Below are positions 51,648-60,063 of a stretch of 64,000 bases of DNA, in pieces. Numbering within the stretch: the stretch's first letter is position 1; each line of letters begins with the position of its first letter. The notes below the pieces were generated by a model. It had not been told where the DNA came from. It did not search any database and worked only from the letters and a program-made list of their open reading frames with translations. A program made the translations under genes and the position numbers. The stretch is from Candidatus Hydrothermus pacificus (GTDB taxonomy: Bacteria; Hydrothermota; Hydrothermia; Hydrothermales; Hydrothermaceae), in assembly GCA_002011615.1 (NCBI GenBank), contig MTOH01000001.1:211327-275326 (forward strand), written 5' to 3'.

Positions 51648-52328
51648 ATGGCTGAAACATTACTTGTAAATCCGAGAAAAAGAAAAAAGAAAAAAACAAA
51701 GAAGAGAAAAGCAAGAAGGAATACAGCATTGGTTAATCCCAGAAAGAAAAGAAGGAAAGCCAGACGAAATCCTTTCAGATTCAAAAAGCCGAAAGTTGGA
51801 GTCGGAGATGCGATTGCTTCTGTCATAGGCGGAACTCTTCAAGGACTTTCTGAGAAACTCCTTACACTTTTCAAAAAGAAGGACGGTAATCCTGTTATTC
51901 CCGGTCCCATAAGGAATGTCGCTTTTCCTGTGGTTTCTTTTATTGGTTCGGGAATGATTCCTAAGGGGGAAGAAGTCACTCTGGGTGCGATAGGTGCTGC
52001 TGGTGAAAAGGTATCAATGGAAATTCTTAAAAAAGTTCTCCCTCAGAATATCAAATCCAGGTTTGGTCTTGAAGGTATAGAAATTTCCGGACTCGGAGAG
52101 CTTACTCCGGAAGATGTTGCTTATCTGAACAAGATGATTCCTTATGTAATGGCTTACAGACACGAGCTTGAAAAACATTTATCCGAAGAGCCTATAAAAA
52201 GACCACAGGCAAGGCAAATAAATCAACCAGGATTTCCTGGTGGCGGAATGTTACCTGGTGGTGGAGGATTAGGAAGTTTGGATGATATATCAGCAATTAA
52301 AAATCTTTCTATAAAACTAAAAAATTAA
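51648..52328 (+). CDS. Basic protein with NP-Arg/Lys repeats and hydrophobic core; putative DNA-condensing or membrane virion protein
   Basis: SD AGGAGGTG; LVNPRKRKKKK, LVNPRKKRRK, RRNP. Confidence 0.6.
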   Translation: MAETLLVNPRKRKKKKTKKRKARRNTALVNPRKKRRKARRNPFRFKKPKVGVGDAIASVIGGTLQGLSEKLLTLFKKKDGNPVIPGPIRNVAFPVVSFIGSGMIPKGEEVTLGAIGAAGEKVSMEILKKVLPQNIKSRFGLEGIEISGLGELTPEDVAYLNKMIPYVMAYRHELEKHLSEEPIKRPQARQINQPGFPGGGMLPGGGGLGSLDDISAIKNLSIKLKN

Positions 52329-52342
52329 AAGGAGGTAAAATC

Positions 52343-53098
52343 ATGAACGATGTTGAACTCACTCCTATCATAGAGGAGGCATTGAGAGAACTTGAAGGAC
52401 TACCTCTTGAAGAGGAAATGGTTGAAATTGTTCCTGAGGAGATCATGGAGGTCGCCGATATAGAAGGGCTTACAGAGGAAGACCTTGGAGCAATCAGAAG
52501 ACTCTTTCCCTTTTATGGGAAGCTCTGGAAAAGAAGGTTGAGAAGGCTGCCCAGGTTCAGGAGATGGGTGGGAAGGACAATTAAAAAGGTAAGAACAAGA
52601 CTTCCCGCAATTGGAGAGATGAGTATATGGTATCACGGTAAACAGCCTGCCGATAATTCCACTATAGAATACTTCTCAACAAAAGCTTCTGGAGACAGAT
52701 ATAATTTCAAAAAAGACGGAATACAACCTGACGAAGATGTGGTCATAACAGGAATTTCTGCCTTCTTTGAACCCAGAGTAACGAACACCACGGATATAGA
52801 TAATATCCTTTCAAAAATGATGCAGGCTGATGTCATGTTAAAAATAGGAGATGAAGAGAAACTAAAAGTCCCCCTTTCTTACATTATAGATTTCATACCT
52901 GTTGTAGGACTGGATGGTTCAACTGCCGCCATTGATAAAATCTATATGGCAAATACCAAACTTGAAAAAGGAATTTTCAAGCTGGACAACATACATTATC
53001 CTGCAAAGAAAACACTTCAAATTACAGTTGATTTCAGAGACACTTTTTCCAATTCCACTTACTGGCTCTATTTCGCAATAGAGCATAAGAAAAAGTAA
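52343..53098 (+). CDS. Candidate major capsid protein (acidic leader, Arg-rich arm, beta-rich domain)
   Basis: Strong SD AAGGAGGT; last gene before a hairpin; ~160-aa beta-strand-rich C-domain. The fold is inferred, not demonstrated. Confidence 0.5.
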   Translation: MNDVELTPIIEEALRELEGLPLEEEMVEIVPEEIMEVADIEGLTEEDLGAIRRLFPFYGKLWKRRLRRLPRFRRWVGRTIKKVRTRLPAIGEMSIWYHGKQPADNSTIEYFSTKASGDRYNFKKDGIQPDEDVVITGISAFFEPRVTNTTDIDNILSKMMQADVMLKIGDEEKLKVPLSYIIDFIPVVGLDGSTAAIDKIYMANTKLEKGIFKLDNIHYPAKKTLQITVDFRDTFSNSTYWLYFAIEHKKK

Positions 53099-53107
53099 AA
53101 ATAGAGG

Positions 53108-53140
53108 AGGGGGAGAAAAAATTCTCCCCCTCTTAACCTT
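53108..53140 (+). terminator. Hairpin after the candidate capsid gene (leaky terminator or stabiliser)
   Basis: AGGGGGAGAA-AAAA-TTCTCCCCCT followed by a weak T tract. Confidence 0.65.
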
Positions 53141-53149
53141 TAAAGAACA

Positions 53150-53872
53150 ATGCAAGTAGAAAAATATATTTCTCTAAATCCCGGAAACAATCTTATAACC
53201 GAGGATTTAACAATCTTGGGAATCCAGATAAAGGATCGCCATAAATCTCCCTCCTCGATTCAGGACTGTATAAATCTTAGCCAGGATTCAGAAAAAATAG
53301 TAGACTCTTTACCTGTTTATTTCCTTCAAGGAAATTTACCTTTCCCTTGCAGAATTCCGGTTCGTGCAAATTCAAATTTACTTTATGAGATAGAGACATC
53401 CGGGAATTACAACAAATCTTTAATTCTTCTATGCCAAAAAGGAATTCACATTCAAAATGATGGACTTATAAAAGCTTTTAGAGTGTTACCCGAATCAGGA
53501 AATGAAGAAGACAAACCAGGTTATGCCAGCATAAAACCATTTCATGAAGAAAAATGGAAGATTCTTTTTTGGGCATATGTTCTGGAAAACTATAATAATG
53601 ATGATCAGTTCACAGAGCCCTCGGGTGCAAGTGATGCATATATTTTTGGCAAAATGGATATTTCCATAGATGACAATATAATTACTCAGGCTGTTTCTCT
53701 TGAATCTATCTTTTCTAAAAGGGATTATTATAAACTTCAGAATGTAGAATTTGAGCAACTTCTTTATATCAAAACAGAACCTACTTATTACGATGCCGGT
53801 GGAGCTTCCAGTTTCGCATTCCCTCATATAGCTATTTCGGTTGAAAGAATAAAACTCTCTGAAACAAAATGA
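53150..53872 (+). CDS. Beta-rich putative structural protein (possibly two beta-sandwich halves)
   Basis: Two halves with similar I.LSQD/ISIDD...L patterns. Confidence 0.45.
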   Translation: MQVEKYISLNPGNNLITEDLTILGIQIKDRHKSPSSIQDCINLSQDSEKIVDSLPVYFLQGNLPFPCRIPVRANSNLLYEIETSGNYNKSLILLCQKGIHIQNDGLIKAFRVLPESGNEEDKPGYASIKPFHEEKWKILFWAYVLENYNNDDQFTEPSGASDAYIFGKMDISIDDNIITQAVSLESIFSKRDYYKLQNVEFEQLLYIKTEPTYYDAGGASSFAFPHIAISVERIKLSETK

Positions 53873-54273
53873 AAAAGGAGAATAAAAAAAGAGTCTTAGA
53901 ACCTTTCATAAAAAAATTTTATCTCTGGCGTGAAGGAATGCTGGAATATCTTGAAGAAGAATTCAAAATACCCTACGGGAAAAAACTTATAATCACCAAA
54001 ATTCTTGTCGCCTCTGATAGGGGAATCTCTACGTTAGACAATTTTTATTATCCCAGTGTTAATTTCTATCCGAATGGAATGAATAAAGGATATGACTTGA
54101 TCGCTTTGGCAGATACAGGTGGTTCCTGCACAGTTCTATTTGAAATCACAAAACCTTCAAAATTTAAAGTTGATCTCACAAACATTTCCGGAGATATTCA
54201 TTTTGCAATCTATGTAGAAGGTTATCTTGAAACCATAAAGCCTGAAGAGGAAGATGACCGAGACCGAACTTAA
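53869..54273 (+). CDS. Putative single beta-sandwich structural protein
   Basis: FKIPYGKKLIITKI...IYVEGY strand pattern. Confidence 0.45.
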   Translation: MKKENKKRVLEPFIKKFYLWREGMLEYLEEEFKIPYGKKLIITKILVASDRGISTLDNFYYPSVNFYPNGMNKGYDLIALADTGGSCTVLFEITKPSKFKVDLTNISGDIHFAIYVEGYLETIKPEEEDDRDRT

Positions 54274-54529
54274 AATAATTGAGAAAATAGAACGAACAAA
54301 TGACCGAATAGACCACCTTAAACAAAGGTTTGAAAAAAGATTCACAGAATTAGAAAATAAATTTCAAACTCTTATAGAAAGTCTAAAAATTTTTACCGCT
54401 CCATTCAATAATAACAAAGGATTCAGACCTTATCTCTTACTCATGACATTTATTGCAGGTGGGGTTGCCAACATGATAGGAATCTATACCTTGGTAAAAA
54501 CGATTATTAACTTAATCTTCAAAAGATGA
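54254..54529 (+). CDS. Holin-like protein (coiled coil plus C-terminal TM)
   Basis: 91 aa, directly upstream of the lysin. Confidence 0.45.
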   Translation: MTETELKIIEKIERTNDRIDHLKQRFEKRFTELENKFQTLIESLKIFTAPFNNNKGFRPYLLLMTFIAGGVANMIGIYTLVKTIINLIFKR

Positions 54530-55050
54530 TATGGGTTTTAATTTTCATGAGCATTCTTATTTTCCTCTTTTATATTGGAAGTAAAGGAGGCTATGGGGTT
54601 ATGAGGATAGCGAATTCTCCCTATGAATTTTATCAGAAGCTTTATCCAATAGCGAGAGAAATGGAACAAAGATACGGAATTTCAGCGAAAATCCTGATCG
54701 CCCATGCAGCTCATGAAACCGGATATGGTAAATATGTCATAGACAATAATCTTTTCAATATAAAGGCAGGCTCTTCCTGGAGAGGACCCGTTGAAATAAG
54801 ATGGGTGAAAGAATTTGATCCTCAAAGAGGTTGGATATACTCGGCGGAGAAATTCAGAAAATACAATTCTTTAAAAGAAAGCATGGAAGATTATGTAAGA
54901 CTTTTAAAAAATTCTTCCCGTTATCAAAAAGCCTGGAAATTTAGGAAGAATTCTGAGAAATTCTTTTCTGAAATTCAGAAAGCGGGTTATGCTACTGATC
55001 CTTCCTATGCTTACAAAGCTCTTAAAGTTTACAAGTCCCTTTTCGGATGA
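54526..55050 (+). CDS. GH73 (FlgJ-like) peptidoglycan hydrolase with N-terminal signal anchor
   Basis: AHETGYG, NNLFNIKA, FRKY.S..ES..DY, GYATDPSY. Confidence 0.9.
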   Translation: MIWVLIFMSILIFLFYIGSKGGYGVMRIANSPYEFYQKLYPIAREMEQRYGISAKILIAHAAHETGYGKYVIDNNLFNIKAGSSWRGPVEIRWVKEFDPQRGWIYSAEKFRKYNSLKESMEDYVRLLKNSSRYQKAWKFRKNSEKFFSEIQKAGYATDPSYAYKALKVYKSLFG

Positions 55051-55400
55051 CCATCCGTAAACTTGAAATATGGCAAGGCAAAAAAAGATTATTTGGGCTT
55101 ATCTCTTTCCAAAGGAAAAAAGACCCGGAGAAAATATCTTACAAAAGTCCATCTATATTCACAAATTACATCCCAAATGGAATTTCTATATTTTACTCGA
55201 AGGAGAGCCTGAAGATTGGGGATTTGAGAAATACAATTCCGGATACAGGCTATATTCTTACGAGTTCCTCCACATTAATCCCGATAGAGGAAATGATAAA
55301 ACAGGGAGCAGGAATAAGTCTGATATGGGAAAAAATTCGGGGAATATTGCAACTCCTAAAACTGTTTTTCCAAGTCCCGAAAGAAATTTTCAGACAATGA
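55047..55400 (+). CDS. Hypothetical protein
   Basis: ATGA-coupled to both neighbours. Confidence 0.45.
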   Translation: MTIRKLEIWQGKKRLFGLISFQRKKDPEKISYKSPSIFTNYIPNGISIFYSKESLKIGDLRNTIPDTGYILTSSSTLIPIEEMIKQGAGISLIWEKIRGILQLLKLFFQVPKEIFRQ

Positions 55401-56299
55401 ATCTTACTCCTGAAAAATATTGCGAATTTCTTTCAAAACTTCCTTTAACCACGAGGAAATGGTCAAGTATAGAACCTCCGAAAACAAAGTCAGGAAGAAA
55501 GAAATTACTTAAAAAATACGGCCCTTATGCCTTTTTAGACCCTGAAAATCTCAAATATCCTATAATTTCCAGAAAAGGTGAATTTTCACCCAAAGGGCTC
55601 CTTGCAGCCTATAAAAGAGCAAGACAATGGGGAGATGACAAAATAGCTGAACTTGCAGAACAGATAGGAAAATGTATGGGATTATCCTGGGCAATATTAA
55701 ATCCTTCACAGATTCAATCAATCCTTTTTGACAGGGATTATTGGACACTTAAGGAAGCGAGAGAATGGCTAAAAGAGCACGGTTTTGAATATCACAACTA
55801 TGAGAGAACTCCCAACTATTACAGATTCCCTCAACAAAAGCCTCAGAAATTCATAAGGTTCCGCACAAAAGATTTCGGAAACGGTATAAAGGCAATAATA
55901 GGATTCAAAGATTTGATTTCTAATCCAGAAGAGCCTTATAATTCAAATATGACTGTTACTTATACCGAACTTTACAAGAAATATCTGGAGGAAGGGGAAA
56001 AACTTTTAAAAGAAAAAGATTATGTTCAGGCATCTGAGAAATTCTGGGGCGCTGCTGCAGAAATCACGAAAGCAGTCGCAAGTAAAATGGGAAAGACTCT
56101 TCGAACTCATGGAGATCTATTCAGATTCATAAGAGACCTTGATAAGAAAAGACCTTCTTTAAGGCTTTCTCCTGATTTTGGTATAGCAAGTTATTTACAT
56201 CAGAATTTTTATGAAAATCATCTTCCTCCTGAAACGGTGGAAGAGTTTTCAAAAATAGTAAAACAATTTATTAGAAAAATGAAAAAATTCCTTAAGTGA
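55397..56299 (+). CDS. Three-module protein with C-terminal PaREP1 (HEPN-like) domain
   Basis: YLEEGEKLL...QASEKFWGAAA...LHQNFYE; modules separated by LNP and SNP; could start at 55070 instead. Confidence 0.7.
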   Translation: MNLTPEKYCEFLSKLPLTTRKWSSIEPPKTKSGRKKLLKKYGPYAFLDPENLKYPIISRKGEFSPKGLLAAYKRARQWGDDKIAELAEQIGKCMGLSWAILNPSQIQSILFDRDYWTLKEAREWLKEHGFEYHNYERTPNYYRFPQQKPQKFIRFRTKDFGNGIKAIIGFKDLISNPEEPYNSNMTVTYTELYKKYLEEGEKLLKEKDYVQASEKFWGAAAEITKAVASKMGKTLRTHGDLFRFIRDLDKKRPSLRLSPDFGIASYLHQNFYENHLPPETVEEFSKIVKQFIRKMKKFLK

Positions 56300-56514
56300 A
56301 AAACCACAACCACTTAAAAGAAGCAATCTATATACTCAACGAAGTTTACAATGTTCCTTATGATGTTTTAGCCTATTGTTTTGGAATTTCCCGTATTACA
56401 GTATATCATTTAAAGAAAAAGGCAAAAAGGTTAAAAATAGAAAACCTTAAAGAAAAAATAGAAGTCTGGAATACAATGGGACAAAAAGAATTCCAGAAAT
56501 ATTACCCGAGGTGA
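56296..56514 (+). CDS. Small HTH protein
   Basis: PYDVLAYCFGISRITVYHL; GTG start overlapping the previous stop. Confidence 0.6.
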   Translation: MKNHNHLKEAIYILNEVYNVPYDVLAYCFGISRITVYHLKKKAKRLKIENLKEKIEVWNTMGQKEFQKYYPR

Positions 56515-56672
56515 AATGTCCAGGGATCTATGGACAAATTTTTGCAGCAAGGAATTGCAGCCCTAAAATGTCCATAATAATGGATATTTTGGCCATATTG
56601 TCTTTCCCGAAAGACATATTACATCGGGCTTTGATCATTGAAAAAAACTTTAAAATTGTGTATAATTAAAAT

Positions 56673-56912
56673 ATGAAAACCAAAAAACAAATAAAAGAAA
56701 ATTTAGAAAAAATCCAAAAAGCTCGAAAAATGCATAAGATTCTCGTTATAGAAGAAACCCCTTCAGGAATTCAATTGCGGGAAATTGAAAAATGGGAACT
56801 TATTCCTCGAGCATTTCAGTTTATAGTTAATTCATTTTTTAATTTTAGTGTAAAATATCCTACATTGTGGATACAAAACATTAATAAATTCTCTTTATCT
56901 CATGGAAGATAA
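56673..56912 (+). CDS. Hypothetical protein, leaderless-type promoter
   Basis: TTGAAA(56638)-N17-TATAAT(56661)-N6-ATG. Confidence 0.45.
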   Translation: MKTKKQIKENLEKIQKARKMHKILVIEETPSGIQLREIEKWELIPRAFQFIVNSFFNFSVKYPTLWIQNINKFSLSHGR

Positions 56913-56983
56913 TTTCCCAGTTAAGGAAGAGAAACCTGAACTCTCAACGGTGCCCGAATAATTCAAGAACAAAAAACACGAGA

Positions 56984-57247
56984 CTAACTTAAAACCTTTT
57001 CTATCTCCTTAATTTCTTTCCCATCCCTCACATTTCTTATTTTCCCTTCAAATTCCAAAACTTCCATATCCTCAAAAGGTTCACTTGCTGTCCACCAGGA
57101 CCCTCTATACCATTTGCAGGGAATTCTATAAAGTCCGCAAAAAAGAATTGCTATTTTATCATTTAAAAATCCTTTAATTCCATTTCTTTTCATCCACTTA
57201 TAAACTCTCTCTTTTGCCTTTTTACTTTTAAGTAGAACCAGAATCAT
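56984..57247 (-). CDS. Hypothetical protein
   Basis: SD AGGAGG; last gene of the integrase operon. Confidence 0.55.
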   Translation of the reverse strand: MILVLLKSKKAKERVYKWMKRNGIKGFLNDKIAILFCGLYRIPCKWYRGSWWTASEPFEDMEVLEFEGKIRNVRDGKEIKEIEKVLS

Positions 57248-57248
57248 T

Positions 57249-57464
57249 TTAAACCTCCTTTAAATTTTCCAAAAAATTCAATATATTTCTAAGTTGTATT
57301 TCCCTTTCTAATGAGACATAACAAAGAGAATTTTTAATTTCTATTGTTACTGTATCCAGGAAATGAGTTAACTTTTCAAATTCTCTTGGAGAAATTAAAT
57401 CCTTTTTCTCATTCAACAGTTTTTTTATCCTGGTAAGCAAAGGGATCAAAATAGCGGTATTCAT
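57249..57464 (-). CDS. Hypothetical protein
   Basis: SD AGGAGG. Confidence 0.55.
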   Translation of the reverse strand: MNTAILIPLLTRIKKLLNEKKDLISPREFEKLTHFLDTVTIEIKNSLCYVSLEREIQLRNILNFLENLKEV

Positions 57465-57476
57465 GCCCCACCTCCT

Positions 57477-57740
57477 TTAAAATAGTTTCAATTGATTAGG
57501 ATTGTTTTCATAACCTAAATTGATCCGCTTTTCCATTATGAAATGACATCGCGGACACAAGACCATTAAGTTTTCTTCTCTATTATCGCTTGGGTCTCTA
57601 TTTTTATGATGGACTGTAAGCCATATTTCTTTTTCAGTTCTTCCACACATTTCACATCTTTTTCCCCTCTTCTCAATAATCTCTTTCCGTATTTTTTTCC
57701 ATTCTTTACCATAAAATTTTTTATTTTTTTGTTTAACCAT
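57477..57740 (-). CDS. Small HNH endonuclease
   Basis: CEMCG...LTVHH...DN..ENL..LCPRCH. Confidence 0.88.
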   Translation of the reverse strand: MVKQKNKKFYGKEWKKIRKEIIEKRGKRCEMCGRTEKEIWLTVHHKNRDPSDNREENLMVLCPRCHFIMEKRINLGYENNPNQLKLF

Positions 57741-57753
57741 ATAGTTCTCTCCT

Positions 57754-57945
57754 TTAAAATAGTTCCAATTGATTCTTAAGTTCCTCCTTATATCTTTTCA
57801 ATTTTTTAGAAATTTTTTTAGCTTCTGTGAGGGCATCTTCCAATTTCATAAATCCTTCTTTTTTAATTTCTGTATTAGTTTTTATAGAAAATTCCCATTC
57901 CCCTTTTTCATTCTCCCTTAAAGTTATCACTATTTTATCTTTCAT
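57754..57945 (-). CDS. Hypothetical protein
   Basis: SD AGGAGG; ends QLELF, like the HNH protein (QLKLF). Confidence 0.5.
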   Translation of the reverse strand: MKDKIVITLRENEKGEWEFSIKTNTEIKKEGFMKLEDALTEAKKISKKLKRYKEELKNQLELF

Positions 57946-58361
57946 GACCCACCTCCTGCTCTAATTTTCAGGAGTTCTCTGGGGTTTTTAGCGACCCCGG
58001 AAACTCCTGTATCAGAAAAAAAATATTTCCGGAATTTTCCGGGTTTAATCACCCACCAATAACTCACTTTTTCTCCTGTTTTAAAAACAAAAATTCTTCC
58101 TTTCGGATTAAATTCATTCCATGCCTGTTTATAAGAAAAAGCAAAAGTCAGTTTAGAATTTTCAAGGAATTTTCTTGGATCCGAAATATACCACCATTTT
58201 TCTTTATTCAAATCCAGGACAATCTTATTAGGATAGGCATAGAAATTATCATAACAGGTTTTACATATATATCCTTTTTTCTCTACTCTAAAAAATTTCC
58301 TTTTAATTTCGATAATTTCTCTTCCAATGGACCTCATTCCACACAGATCACAGAGTTTCAT
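57942..58361 (-). CDS. Zn-finger-like hypothetical protein
   Basis: CDLC...CKTC; overlaps the integrase stop. Confidence 0.55.
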   Translation of the reverse strand: MKLCDLCGMRSIGREIIEIKRKFFRVEKKGYICKTCYDNFYAYPNKIVLDLNKEKWWYISDPRKFLENSKLTFAFSYKQAWNEFNPKGRIFVFKTGEKVSYWWVIKPGKFRKYFFSDTGVSGVAKNPRELLKIRAGGGS

Positions 58362-59887
58362 TTTCTAATTCCTTTTTTATCTTCAAGTTCCTTTAATTTT
58401 TTTACATTATAAATTTCCATAATCAAATGGTTTACAAATTCAACCATTGGATTTCTTTTATTTTCTCTTAATGGGTGGATATATCCTTCGGTACTGTGAT
58501 ATGATACCCATCCTCCCAATTCTTTAATGATTCTCATTGGAGTCCCCATATCCTCTGCTCGTGTAGCCCAATTATGTCTGAAATCATGAAAATAAAAATT
58601 CTCTATTTCACATTTTTTCAAGAATTCATTATAAAACCATTCGGTAAATCGTCTTTGTTGATATCCTGTCTGAAAGTCAGGGAAAAGCATATCAGAACCT
58701 TTTGATACAGATAATAAAAACATAGCGAGTCCATAAGGGATTTCAATTTTTCTTTCTTTCCCTGTTTTTGTAATATCAGATGTAAAATGAATCATTCCAT
58801 ACATTTTATCATCAATTTTAACAATTCTCACATGTTCCTTTCTCAGTTTAAAAATTTCTTCTTTCCTTGCTCCGGTAAAGAGCCCAATCCATAAAATTCC
58901 TCTTTTCTGTTTATTTATTCTATCATCAGGTAACTCAAGAGTTGCCTTTAGAAATCTTATGGTTTCCTCATAAGATAGAACTCTCTTTCTTCTTTTTTCT
59001 TCAAATTTCCTCTCTTTTAGAATTTTATCTGCATAATTAATTCCTGTAAAATATCCATTTCTCAAAAGGTAATTCCACACTGCATTTAAAAATTTCAACT
59101 CACTTTTAATTGTTGATTCAGTAATGTATTCTCCTGTTTTTTCACTTTTATCTTTAAGTCTTTCGTTGATGTAATTTTCCAGGGTGATCTCATTAATTTT
59201 ATACCAAGGGAAATCTTCTCCCCATTTTTTAAAAAATCCGCTTAATCTATGGAAAAAATATCTTAATTTCCCGAGGTCTTGTTTCCTGGAGAAATGATAT
59301 TCAGCATAGATTTTCACTCCTTCTCCGAATGTCAAATCTCTTTTATTTTTTATCTTTTCCCTTGCAATTTCCCGTGCAAAAGCCTCTGCCTCTTCATAAG
59401 TGTCAAAAAGATATGATTTAACTTTTCCTTCTTTTTTTATCTGTATTAACCACTTCCTTCCATGCTTTCTAATTTTCGGCATTCTTTTATCCAGTTTATG
59501 AATTACAGGTTTTTTGGATTCCATCTTAGGGGTTCTTTCATACTTTATCTTTTTTTCTGCCTCTTTCAAAATCTCTTCTTTATATTTTTCTGCATCTTCT
59601 GATATTTTAAGTTGTTTCTCAATAACCATTTTTATTCCTGCCTTCCATGCGGTTTTATAATCTTCAAAAAACATCCTTTTTCTTATTCTTTTTCCTGTTT
59701 GTGGATCCTTTCCGAGTTGAATTTCCACTCTCCATTTTTTACCTCTTCCTGTTTTATAAGGTGTAGGTATTCTGAGCCATTTAAGACCCATAATGAGATG
59801 CTTTCCGTCCTGTGAAATTTGATATTCCTTTCCCTTATACCTTACAATATTATTATGGATTTCAATTTCAGGAAGTTTTTCTTCCAT
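58358..59887 (-). CDS. Tyrosine integrase with two N-terminal arm-binding-like domains
   Basis: TGARKEEI, FHDFRHNWAT, LGGW, TEGY; KWRVEI...RKRMFF and KWLIQI...SYLFDTYEEAEAF. Confidence 0.93.
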   Translation of the reverse strand: MEEKLPEIEIHNNIVRYKGKEYQISQDGKHLIMGLKWLRIPTPYKTGRGKKWRVEIQLGKDPQTGKRIRKRMFFEDYKTAWKAGIKMVIEKQLKISEDAEKYKEEILKEAEKKIKYERTPKMESKKPVIHKLDKRMPKIRKHGRKWLIQIKKEGKVKSYLFDTYEEAEAFAREIAREKIKNKRDLTFGEGVKIYAEYHFSRKQDLGKLRYFFHRLSGFFKKWGEDFPWYKINEITLENYINERLKDKSEKTGEYITESTIKSELKFLNAVWNYLLRNGYFTGINYADKILKERKFEEKRRKRVLSYEETIRFLKATLELPDDRINKQKRGILWIGLFTGARKEEIFKLRKEHVRIVKIDDKMYGMIHFTSDITKTGKERKIEIPYGLAMFLLSVSKGSDMLFPDFQTGYQQRRFTEWFYNEFLKKCEIENFYFHDFRHNWATRAEDMGTPMRIIKELGGWVSYHSTEGYIHPLRENKRNPMVEFVNHLIMEIYNVKKLKELEDKKGIRK

Positions 59888-59940
59888 TTTAAGCCTCCTT
59901 TAATTCCGGAGGTAAAGGATTCGAACCTTTTACCCTCCGG

Positions 59941-60032
59941 AAAATTTGTTTACCTTTTTGTTTACTTCCTAAAAAACATAAAACTTTCATTTTCAATGAT
60001 TTTTAAAAAATTTGTTTACCATTTTGTTTACC
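59941..60032. repeat. Candidate integrase arm-type sites: two pairs of TTTGTTTAC(C/T)
   Basis: 59945 and 59957; 60011 and 60023; 12-bp period within each pair. Confidence 0.7.
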
Positions 60033-60063
60033 ATAAAAAATTTATTAAAAATTTCATATTCAC

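Noticed and set aside
55070-55396. Longer start for the PaREP1 protein, giving 327 bp of dual coding
   Set aside because: ATGA coupling at both 55047 and 55397 supports two separate genes; not fully excluded, since the extension contains LEG and NP
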